Positions 1 to 11,060 of a stretch of DNA of 64,000 nt are shown here, piece by piece. Numbering within the stretch: position 1 is the stretch's first letter; each line of letters begins with the position of its first letter. Location of the stretch: contig NC_068985.1 of NCBI RefSeq assembly GCF_001194135.2, positions 83,835,058 to 83,899,057 on the forward strand, read 5' to 3'. The position numbers were made by a program, and so were the translations under genes. A model generated the notes under the pieces. It was given only the letters and a program-made list of their open reading frames with translations. It was not told the origin of the DNA and searched no databases. The stretch comes from Octopus bimaculoides (Eukaryota).

Positions 1-103
1 GCTTTGTTACTATAGCAACAATCCGGATACTTATTGATCAGACCACTATGATGATGATGTTCAGTTACAAATAACAAACAAAACATGGCAAAATACTTCT
101 ATA

Positions 104-326
104 TTAACCCTTTAACATTTAATCCAGCCATACCCAGCCAAAATATTCTATCTGCTTTATGTACAAAGTGGCCAGATCTTGCCCTTCACACCTACCCTAC
201 AATATCATTCAAAAATAAACTACCACATCATCAAAATCGTGAAGCTACAAAGTCATGATCAACGCAAAGCAACATGAATAAATAAGCATTACATTTGACA
301 GAATAATCAGAATGCTAAAGGTTTAA
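104..326 (+). mobile_element. piggyBac-type MITE, copy 1
   Basis: TTAA at 104-107 and 323-326 flank imperfect TIRs CCCTTTAACATT...AATGCTAAAGGT; the internal sequence recurs four more times in the window. Confidence 0.75.
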
Positions 327-632
327 TTGTTCTTCTATAATTTTAACCAGCAATCCTATCATCTTGTAGAAACAACTATGAAATTAGGTAAAACTTACTA
401 GACCTGAATTAATTTTTTTATAAGATTCATACCATAAAGTTCATATCATAAAAACACCATGTCACTAACACACTCTTGAAAAAAATATAGTTTAATTTGA
501 TTAAAATTTGGATATATTATTTTTTAAAGGGTTACATAAATTATTGCATCCTGAATTTATCTGGAGAAAATTGTTTTTACAGTTGATACCCTTCCTAACC
601 ACTTAAATATGAAGTAGGAGTGATGCCTCTTA

Positions 633-833
633 TGAGGTGGGGATTGAAAAGTTCCTCATACAGGAGGATCATTTAATTATGATTTTATTCAACATATTCC
701 CCTCTCAGATTCACACACTTATTATAGTGGTTCTTTGATTTTTCTAAGTCCTGTAAAAGAACTCAGAAGGTTGGGCCTCCAACCAAGCTTTTTGCAATGC
801 TCTTACAGCCAGGAACTTTTCAGCACCCCCTCA
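633..833. mobile_element. mariner-type MITE (~200 bp), TA-flanked
   Basis: TA|TGAGGTGGGGATTGAAAAGTTCCT ... AGGAACTTTTCAGCACCCCCTCA|TA; the TIR resembles that of the mariner relic at 50550. Confidence 0.75.
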
Positions 834-930
834 TATATANNNNNNNNNNNNNNNNNNNNNNNNNNNNNNNNNNNNNNNNNNNNNNNNNNNNNNNNNNNNN
901 NNNNNNNNNNNNNNNNNNNNTATATATATA

Positions 931-1232
931 TCATCATCATCATCATCATCATCGTTTAACGTCCGCTTTCCATACTAGCATGGGTTGAACGATTTGACTG
1001 AGGACTGGCAAGCCAGATGGCTGCACCAGGTTCCAATCTGATCTGGCAGAGTTTTTACAGCTGGATGGCCATCCTAATGCCAACCACTCCAAGAGTATAG
1101 TAGGTGCTTTTACATGCCACCGGCACGAGGGCCAGTCACACGGTACTGGCAACGGCCACACTCAAAAAGGTGTTTTTTTTAAGTGCCACCTGCACGGGAG
1201 CCAGTCCAGTGGCACTGGCAACGACTGACTTC
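931..1232 (-). mobile_element. SINE-like element family F with (ATG)n tail
   Basis: Minus strand ends ...CATGCTAGTATGGAAAGCGGACGTTAAACG(ATG)n; related to 56920-57285. Confidence 0.65.
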
Positions 1233-1411
1233 GGATAAAAGAAAATACATGGAGCTCAGTTAATTATGATTTTATTTCCCTCTCAGATTCACACATTTAC
1301 TGCAGCAGTCCTTCAGTTTTTCTTGGCCCTATAAAAGAACTTGGAAGTTTGGGCCTCCAACCAGGCCTTTTAAGATACCCTTAAAGCCAGGAACTTTTCA
1401 GCACCCCCTCA
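1233..1411. mobile_element. second, 5'-truncated copy of the mariner-type MITE
   Basis: Aligns with 670-833 and has the same right TIR CCAGGAACTTTTCAGCACCCCCTCA|TA. Confidence 0.75.
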
Positions 1412-4400
1412 TATATACCTTTCCCGGGTTAATTACAACACACAGTGTCAACCACATCGGTCATTTGTATTAAAATATATTTGTAGGGTACCTGAGTTGT
1501 CTTTGAATATTAATTGTTTAAGAGAGAGAGAGAAAGAGAGAGAGAGAGAAATACAAGCAACCATCGGATTTAGATAACAAAAAAGTGTGTTAAACATGAT
1601 TGCCACAGGGAGGAAGATGCAATGAAAGTGTTTGTATTAAACAGATAATTATCAGTTGAATGGTTCTTATTGAAGTCAACTTTGCCTTTCATTCCACTGG
1701 AATTGATAAAATAAATGTTAGGAGTATACTGAGCTAATTATATACCTACAAAATTGACCTTAGGCTATTTCAAAAAACATACAAAAACAAAAGTAAAACA
1801 TTTTTCGGCAATAGTTTACCAAAATGTTTCTTCTGTTCTTGATTTTTATCTTTATTATTCTACTGTAGCTGGATTTATCTTAGAGACTTCATTATCTTTG
1901 GACATTTGATTTCATATGTGTTTGTGAATCAATGTTTTACTCACTGTATCCTTTTAAAATTGTTGTTGCTGTTGTTTCTGTATAACTAAGCTCAACTCTC
2001 ATTGATCTGATTTATGATCAAAGCCATTCTTTTTCAAATATCTTATATTTCTACTGCAATATTATCCGATGTCTTTTTTTTTTTTTTTTGTTTTTGAGGA
2101 AGATTTACCGTATTTGACAACATATGAAATACACTTTTACCCTTAAAAAATGTCTCAAAAAACAAAAATCACCCCCAGTCCATTACACTAAGTCAGACCC
2201 CCATCCCTTTGAGCTTTAATGTATTAAAGACATTTTTGAAGAAATTGGGGTGCATCTAATATGCCTATAAGCCATTTATGCCACCAAAATGGTAGTTGTT
2301 ATTTCTAGCAGAGTAGGGGATTGCATAGAGGCTCACGCAATTGGTTTTGTGATTTTTTAAAGTTGTTATTGTTTAGCATTCATGTCATGACCATGTTTAT
2401 TTTCCCCTCAAACATAGTACATGCAGAACTATATAATATAATGTCTTTTTTTTTTCAAAGACAGTTAAGTATAAGTTAAAGGAAATCTGGTCGCTTTTCC
2501 TAACAGATTAGGTAATGATATAGAGGCACTTGGTTGTGGCGATAGTGAGAAACCATGATATCTGTCTGGTAACAGGTGTTGTGTCTGTTTTGAATTTAAT
2601 ACAGAATAACTATTAAACACAGATCATCAGAAGTCCAGATCTAATGGTAAAGCAGACCAAGACATCTGAGGAAGTTTGATCTAAAGCAAAACCAGATTAA
2701 TGTGGAACTTATCCTTAATTGTTATGTGAACTAGGGTTATGTAGAATTGATTGTGCTATCCAGAAACAATGTACTCCTATCAGTGGGTTTGAATTCTTAA
2801 CCCTTGAACAAACATGGGTACAGGCATAGCTATATGATTAAGAAAGTGGGTTTATTTATGTATGCTTTTGGGGTCCGGTGTACAGTACTTTGCCATTGTA
2901 CAATACTTTGGAGGAATGCCTTCTAGCATAGCCTTGGATTGACCTGAGTCATGTGAAGGAAATTTGCAGGATGTAAGTAGATATGGTAGGCCATCAGATA
3001 GGTTCCTGTTTTTGGATAGTGGACTTCATTACTATCATAACACCATCACTGCAAGGTACTTGAGTGCCATTATTAGTCAACTTTGTTGCAGTCATTTGGG
3101 CCTGATCTATGGTCTGGAGATAAGTTCCTGCCATTCTTGCACCAGTCTTAGAGGCCCTGTAAAAGGTCATGAGTGTTCCATCCTTTACCTAGTCTAATGT
3201 TTCAACTCACCTGTAATGGTGTTGCATATGAAGTGTTTAGACGTTGTACTGTTTTGCCCAGAACAACAAACTATCATCAAGATCAGTGTGGAGAGTACAG
3301 TCTGTGTAGCTGTCTCCTCATACTCCAATTTAGTGAAGTGTAACACTCGACATTTGAGTAACAACTAATCAATCAATAAACAATCAATCAATCAGCTTTT
3401 CTTCTTTCTCAGTGTTGGCATGAATCTTTCTTTTCGAGTTGTCTATGGATTGTGGTGCTCATGCATTTTTGTGTGAATGAGTGTCTGCTTAGAGACAGAG
3501 CATTAAACAATTACATTTTGAAGTAAAGATATTTTTCTTTCTTAGCAGAGAGAGGGAGGAGAGGGAGATAAACAGAGACAGAGAGAGGACGGAAAGAGAG
3601 AGAGAGAGTTGGGGAGGTAAAGGTATAACTATTAACCTCTCATTATATTGTATGTCAGAAATATTTTTCTTTTATTTTTTTTGTTTTATTCCAGTTGTAA
3701 TATAAAAGTAATACTAAATCAGATATGTATCTTTTGTTCTTGATTTGTTTATTAAAAGATCATTTGCTTTCTTTAACGTTAAGACACATCAACATGGGCG
3801 TTTATTGCCAGTGCCAACACGGTTCATTTGCCACATAGAACACCATTTATTAATCTAAAATTAAGTGACAGAGGTCTGGCTTGTCCTTTTTGTTGCCATG
3901 TGAAGTTTATCAGTTTTAGGGAGATAAACTAAACCTTTAGAACATAGCATGGATGTAAAAAATTATGCAATAATTCTCTCTCTTCTGAATCTATTTCCAT
4001 TAAATTATCAATTCAAACTCATTTTTTTTCTCTTTCTTTTTTCTAATATTTTTTCTCTTTTTCTATGAGAAATGCCAATTTCATAACACCATAACAACAT
4101 CCTCTTATTTTTGTTTTGTTTTTAAACCTTACCAAGGTATGTTTATGTGAATAAGATTATCCTGTGATTGTGAATAACATTGTTAACCTATTCTTACATG
4201 TACATTTCCAATCTTGGTTTATTACTGGCACTATAGATCTATCTGTCTGTTCAAATTCGCATAAAACCCATTAACATTATTGATAATTATGAAGTCTTTA
4301 TACGTCTGGTTAACTGGTAAAGAACACCAACAGCAAGCAACTCCGTGCCCACTGCTGCTACCACAAAGCTTCTGTTTTAAATTGTGTGATTTCATCATTG

Positions 4401-5375
4401 ACAAAAGAGATGAAGTGAGTTAGTATTATTGTTATCGGCAATGAAGGATGATACAAGTAGTAGATCATAGATAACGCCCACTCCCTAATGGCTAAAGTAG
4501 ACCTTTCTTATTTAGTTCTCTCTCACAATGAGCTTGAGTAGATAGAATAAAGTAGGCATTAGGAATATTAAAGAAGAGTTGTTTGACCATAGCCTGAAGT
4601 CTCAGAAATGATAATTGGTATTCATCTTCGTGCTAGACTTTTCTGTGCAATTATGATTCCTGCTCTTTAACCAATCCATTCAATTCATACTATTGTTACT
4701 ACTATTCAGTCACACAACTAGTATAATTCCCAGTATGCTTTCTATTTCTTCTTTTCCTCTATCCCTTTCCTTTGAGCATTTTATCATATCTCATCTCTTC
4801 CTTTTGTTACTAGTAGCCTGGTTCATCACTTAGCTAACATGAAATCTCATTACTAAAGGTCGCACCACCCAAACCATCTACTCAGATGATATGATTTTAA
4901 TTCTCTGCTCTACAGCTCTCTAATTATTTTTCGTCTTCTCTTCCAGCCCCACCATGATCTTTGGCTCCATCAACTTGCACTACTAACCTTTCATCTATAT
5001 CACCTTGCAGGAGTTTGTAGCATTATGGACTATTTTATTATATCTTAGTTCATTAAACCCCACCTTTCTTCACCTTAAAAATTAAAAATAATAAATAAAT
5101 AAATAAATGTAAAATAAATAGAAAGACAAACTATTCACAAAATAGTATATCTAAATATTTTTACACAATTTAAGGGACATATTTTTTCAATTAACTGGTA
5201 TTCAGATATTTCCACTAGTCTAATACTTTGTTATCAAAATAACTGTTCTCACTGTAATTTGACCTTTTTTGTGACTACTTTTCTAATGAGTAGACTGCCT
5301 GTATATTTCAATTTCCAATGTAATTTAAGATATTGAAGATGTTTTCTAAAAATATCTGTAACTTTGTAGTATATT

Positions 5376-5595
5376 GGTTTCAAATTTTGGCTCAAAGTTC
5401 AAGGGAGGGGGCTAGTTGTACATCGATTCCCATGCTCATAAGTATCAGAGCTCATCTGGTACTTATTTTATGGACCCCCAAATGGATGAAAGGCAAAGTC
5501 GACCCTGGTGGCATTTGAGCTCAGAATGTTAAAATAGACAATATGCTGCAAAGTATTTTTGCCTGGTATAACTTCCATTTCTAACCACCTTACTT
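5376..5595 (-). mobile_element. SINE family B
   Basis: Core GGATGAAAGGCAAAGTCGACC...ATTTGAGCTCAGAA shared with many copies in the window. Confidence 0.7.
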
Positions 5596-6118
5596 TTTCA
5601 TTGGTACAATACGCCTTGGAGCACATTATAAAATCTGTTCTTTTCTAATGTGGTAGGATAGGATATGAAAATGATTTAGCTACTATTCTATAGCAGCTCT
5701 AATGACCAGGTAGGGCTTTCATGCTTGTGTTGACCAACTGGAGACTCCATTTATGTTATGAGATTTTACTCTACATATGAATGCTTCAATAAGCAAGGTC
5801 TCCTGTTGATTGGTATTAAAAATAATGTATATAGATATAATGCTGTATTCAAACCAATATGTATTTCTACTATCCATGTATTTATTGTATAGTCCTTAAC
5901 AAAACGAATACTAACTTTGTACATTCCTTTATTCATACTGATTTCATTCATTGAACTTTGGCCATGCCAAAGAACAAAGCATTATATCAACTCCAGTACA
6001 TTTTCAGTCTGGTACTTATTTTATCAATCTCTATTGATTGAAACACTAAGTTGTTATTTTTGACATGGAAATACAAAACCAAATTTCACTGGTAAATATA
6101 AATAAAGACACTGGTACA

Positions 6119-6554
6119 GATATACACTCGTACAAATAAATATATATGATGGACTAGTTGTGTGGTTAAAAAGTTTACCTTCCAATCACCAGGCTTCAGT
6201 TTCATTCCCACTGTGTGGCACCTTAGACAAGTGTCTTCTACCATAACCTTGGGTCAACCAAAGTCTTGCAAGTGGATTTTGTCGTAGGAAACTGAAAGAT
6301 GCTTATCATATTTGTGTGTCCTTGTCTTGACATCCATGATCGTTATAAATAAGTGTCACTGTCATACAAGCAGTGTCTCTTGTTTTTAGTCTCCCATGAA
6401 AACATGTCAAGCCATGGGGGAAATACTTCCTTATTTGGGAACAAGTAAGGGCTAGGGACAAGAAGAACATGCAGCCATAAAAAATCTACCTGTACAAATT
6501 CCACCTGACCCACGGAAAAGTAGACATCAGAAGAATTCAAACAATGATGATGAA
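6119..6554 (+). mobile_element. SINE with family-A head and (ATG)n tail, inserted into an older minus-strand A copy
   Basis: A-type head from ~6148, tail ends ATGATGATG at ~6552; direct repeat ACACTGGTACA at 6108-6118 and 6555-6565; minus-strand A tail to the left (5950-6110) and A head to the right (6555-6646). Confidence 0.6.
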
Positions 6555-6729
6555 ACACTGGTACAAGGTGCTGTGCCGTGGAACTGAACCTGAATCCATG
6601 TGGTTGCAAAGCAAACTTCTTAGCCATACAGTAATACCTGTACCCATAAAGTAAACTTACAGATCAACATTTGTAATTGCAACCAAATAACCTACTCATT
6701 AATGTCACAGGATCACTGACAGTTTAAAT

Positions 6730-7026
6730 CAAATATTAATTGATAGGCTCTCTTGGTAATGGAATAAGAATATAGTTGATTGATTCTATCTCAGTATGTT
6801 ACTCAAGGAAGACAAAGAAGTTGCTCAACCAGCTAACAATAGCAGTCAATCTTCTTTAAATAACACTTTGCTATCTTAAAAAGAGAAGGAGCCATATATC
6901 CAGGATTAAGTAGTTCTTGATACATTATATATGAAACAGATAACATGGTCATGGCTTGGAATACCTTTGATCATAGATCTGTTAAATCAGAGCTGACCTG
7001 AGGTGAATAATACCTCAACAAACAAC
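6730..7026 (+). mobile_element. SINE-like element family E, (CAA)n-like tail
   Basis: Motifs CAGCTAACAATAGCAGTCAATC and GGTCATGGCTTGGAATACCTTTGATCATAG...GCTGACCTGAGG; partial relatives at 7028-7082, 39295-39420, 45355-45430 and 1960-2040 (minus). Confidence 0.5.
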
Positions 7027-7082
7027 CAGAGAGAACCTCGGTGTAGCTGTTTGAGCAGCTAGAAATAACACCTAAATTTCCT

Positions 7083-7310
7083 TTAACCCTTTAGCATTTA
7101 ATCTAGCTATATCCAGCCCAAATATTTTACTTGTTTTATGTTAAAACTGGCCAGATCCTGCCTTTCACACCTGCCCTGCAATATCATTCTAAAAATATAC
7201 AAACACACCATAGAAACCTTAAAGCAACGAGATAATGCATGATTAATTCAAAACAATGTGAGTAAATAAGCAATACATTTCACAAAGAAATCTCAATGCT
7301 AAAAGGTTAA
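7083..7310 (+). mobile_element. piggyBac-type MITE, copy 2
   Basis: TTAA-CCCTTTAGCATT...AATGCTAAAAGG-TTAA. Confidence 0.8.
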
Positions 7311-7374
7311 ATTACATCTGAGGATGATACCTGGTTGACTGATGATGATACTTGATCATCACAACCGAGGATGA

Positions 7375-7440
7375 TACCTGGTTGATCCTGCCAGTAGTCA
7401 TATGCTTGTCTCAAAGGCTTAAACCATGCAAGTATAAATA
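7375..7440 (+). pseudogene. degenerate fragment of the 5' end of 18S rRNA
   Basis: TACCTGGTTGATCCTGCCAGTAGTCATATGCTTGTCTCAAAG is the conserved eukaryotic SSU rRNA 5' end, followed by a mutated continuation (GCTTAAACCATGCAAGTATAAATA); only ~66 bp, so not a functional rDNA unit. Confidence 0.9.
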
Positions 7441-8589
7441 CTCATTAGAAAAAGTAGCCCTAGATACACTAGAACTGAAAATAATGTAATGGCCAGAGAG
7501 CTGAAATGTCTCTTATAAGCCTAGTCAATCACAGAAGATTGAGGCTAAATAATAATAAGTAGGTTGCACTTTTACTCTGTGTATACGAATATAAATTCAC
7601 TTGCTGGATGATAAAAAGATGGCTTATTTTTGCCAAGAATATATAACTGTATTATGATAATTTGGATAAATGTGTGTCTGTGTATATGTGTATGTAAATG
7701 AACAGGTATGTCATATATAGCTTATATCTTCATGTAGCTATGTTACTTGTAGTTTATATATTCATTTGATATAATAGAATGTAGACTATTTAGTGGAAGC
7801 CTCTAGAAATATATTTATATACATGATTGCTTTGAATTACTTGAATAAATTAATTTAAAACTATAATAAATAAGATTAAAGTAATGTCTCTCATTCGATG
7901 AATTGCAAGTATAAAATGAATTATGAGATTATGAAAATTAGTTGTAATATTTATGTGTGAGTTTTATAACATTAATGTTTATTATCTCATAATTTGTGTG
8001 TGCAAATGTGTGGAGTAGAAATATTTAGTACACTCATAGATAATTTCAAAACGATTTCCTTGATATATGGGGCTGGGCTTAGATGATAACAATCAATGCC
8101 TGGAGTTCACAAGCTAAAAGAAAAAAAATGCACCTACACAATTTTAAGAGTATATTCAGTGTTTAATGTGTTGGGTTATGTACTTTTAAGAAACAGCATC
8201 AAACCCCAAGGGAAACATTGCATTATGCATTAAGAAAAAAAAAAAACTTTGCTCTTTTGTATCAACTCTGTCTAGTAGGATGGATTTAGATGGATTGTTC
8301 TTTTAGAAAAGAAATTATTTTGTCTTAATTTATGTCAAATCATATTTCACTTTATTATAAAAGGAAGTACACATAATGATGATCATCATCATTATTTAAT
8401 GGTCTCTGACAACATTAGTCAATCATGGAAGATTGGGACTAAATAATAATAAACAGGTTGCACTTTAACTCTGTGTGTAAGAATACAAATACATTTGGTG
8501 GGTGGTATTTTTGCTAAGAATGTGTAACTGTATTATGTTAATTTGAGTAAATGTGAGTCCATGTAAATGTGTATGTAAATGAACAGGTA

Positions 8590-9835
8590 CAGGAGTTGGA
8601 CAAAATAATGGAAGCACCTTAAAATTTCCAACAAATTTATTCTCATATGGGGTAGGACCACCTTTGGCAGTAATTACAGCTTGAATTCTATGAGGTATGG
8701 ACTTGTACAAAGAAATTTTTGTCCATTCTTCACCTAAAACAGTCTCCAGTTCTTGTAGTGATGATGATGGAGGATATCGACTCTTACTTGTTTTTCTAAA
8801 ATTCACCATAAATGTTCGATAATATTGAGATCTGGGGACTGTGGTGGCCAGATAAGATGTTCAACTAGAATGTTCCTCGTGTCATTCAGTAACAACTTTA
8901 ACTGTGTAAATTGGTGCATTATCATCCTGAAAGATTGTGTTTCCCTCCAGAAACAGTTCCACAACCATAGGATGAATTTGATCAGATACAATACTTAAAT
9001 AGTCTTGGCTATTAATTTTACCATGAAGGAAAACCATTGGGCCAGCAGATTTCCAAGATATAGCCCCCCTCCCAATCATCACAGATCTTCCTCCATGTTT
9101 AACACTTGGAAAAAAGGCAGTCTGGCTCAAATACTTCTTTTGGCTGACACCACACGTATACTCAGCCGGTGGTTGGAAATAAGGTAAAGGATGACTCGTC
9201 CAAGAAAATAACATTCTTCCACTCATCTAGGGACCAACTCTGTAGGTTTTTACTCCACTCTAAATGCTTTGCAACGTTTGCTTTTGAAAGTAGTGGTTTT
9301 CTGATTGCAGCCCTCCCATGAAATCTGGCTTTGTGCAGCTCCCAGCAAACAGTTTTTGTGGAAACTAGGTTCTCAAGGTGGTCATTAAGCTCTACAGTAA
9401 TTTTGGGAGCTGTTTCTTTTGTGATCCTTTCTAACAATTCGTGTAAGAGTCCGACGGTCTCTATCTGAAAATTTTGGTTTTCTTCCGGATTTTGTTTTGA
9501 CGAGGAGGTTTTTCCCTTTTTCTCAAAGGCTGTCATTACTGTTGAGACAGTACTTCTTGATACACCAAACATTTCAGCTGTTTTCATTACGCTAGTGCCT
9601 GACATATGAGCACCAACAATTTGACCTCTTTAAAAGTCCAAAAGATCTGTCATTTTAATGAATTTTAATTACCCTTTTGTGATGATATCTGAAAAGAAAC
9701 AGCAATTTTAGCAAAACATATTAAGCAACACTAATAATAAATTTAAAAAAAACAAAAATAAACAAACTTCTGACGGTTTTATAGATACTTCAAAATTATG
9801 ATGCTAGGTGTTTCCATTATTTTGTCCAACCCCAG
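8590..9835 (-). mobile_element. full-length Tc1-family DNA transposon, inactivated
   Basis: 30-bp TIRs CAGGAGTTGGACAAAATAATGGAAGCACCT (8590-8619) and AGGTGTTTCCATTATTTTGTCCAACCCCAG (9806-9835); TA on both sides (8588-89, 9836-37). Confidence 0.95.
8640..9605 (-). pseudogene. Tc1 transposase (DD34E type), split over four frames
   Basis: HTH (AEMFGVSRSTVS), RKPLLS, VIFLDES, KHGGRSVM, IFQDDNAP, WPPQSPDLNIIEHLW, IQAVITAKGGPTPY in successive frameshifted ORFs. Confidence 0.95.
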
Positions 9836-10779
9836 TATGTCATATATAGTTTATATCTTCATGTAGCTATTTTGCTTATAGTTTATATACTCTTTTAATA
9901 TGATAGAATGTAGATTATTTAGTGGCGGCCTCTCTAGCTGGATACCTTTCTTAATGTCAACCACTTTAAAGTGTGTATAGGGCAATTTTTATGTGGCACC
10001 TGCACTAATGAGGTCACCAGGCAGCTTGCAAATTTAAGATCCTCTTTAACTAAGTGGGGCTACAGTAGAGAGGGAGGTGATTTCATACTAGGAGATGAGG
10101 GATTAAAGTGTAAGAGAGGTGCCCCGAACAGGTTTCTTGCTGCAACAGTCCAGATACTTATTGATCAGACTACATATTGTGTATAATGGAATTAAAATTT
10201 CAGAGTTATTGATTCTGTTTGATAAAACATGACTCAAAATTTCGAAGGCAAAGAATATAGGTGATTGAACTGACCCCATCCTTTCCCTGTATTACTGGTA
10301 CTTATTTTATTGGACTGACCTTGAAGAAAAGAAATACAGTGTGTAATGTACTTGATTTTTCTGCCAATTTGCTTCCACCAGCTTTCGAATTTATTAAAAA
10401 TATTGTAAACGAGAAAAATGCCTCTGCTTAATAAAGCTTCAAAATGGCATCATATGGGCAAATTGATTGGTGAAATTGGTTAATAGTATTAAAATGGTGT
10501 CATCAACATATTGAGTCCATGTTAGGCTTTCAAGAAGTGGCAAATCTTCGGCTTGGCTTGTTTGAATTCTTGCACGATTGCTATTAGAAGTCTTTCCCAG
10601 TATCAATTAGGGATTCCAAGTTCGTAAAAGCCCTTCCAGCACGGTTGTTTTTATTGCATACTTCTAACTCACTAATATCAACCTAGTCAATCATTTACTA
10701 ATTCCCAAGAGTTGAGTTATATGAGCGGGTGAAAGGGTGATGCAGGAGAGAATGGGTGACTGGGATGGATTTTGATGGC

Positions 10780-11007
10780 TAAAGATATGGATGGATGGAT
10801 GGATGGAGGGATGTATGAATGTATGGATAAATGGATGGATTGGTTGATGGATGGATGAATGGATTGATAGGTGCATGTGAAAGTTGAAGTGGGGATGGTC
10901 AGTAGGTTTATAAGATGGATTTAGATGGATGGATGGCTGGATGGATGAATAGATAAATTGTTGACTGGATGTGAGAAGAGGATACAGAAGACAGAACATT
11001 GAAGAAA

Positions 11008-11048
<41 letters not shown>

Positions 11049-11060
11049 AATGGAGAGAGC
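10780..11060. repeat. (GGAT)n and (GA)n low-complexity tract
   Basis: Direct inspection. Confidence 0.85.

Noticed and set aside
4290-4420. Short plus-strand frame ending at GAA|GTGAGT
   Set aside because: No clear acceptor, no recognisable peptide; a lone donor-like hexamer is expected by chance.
7375-7440. Functional rRNA gene or primer contamination
   Set aside because: Only ~66 bp with substitutions in the distal part, and embedded in genomic repeats.
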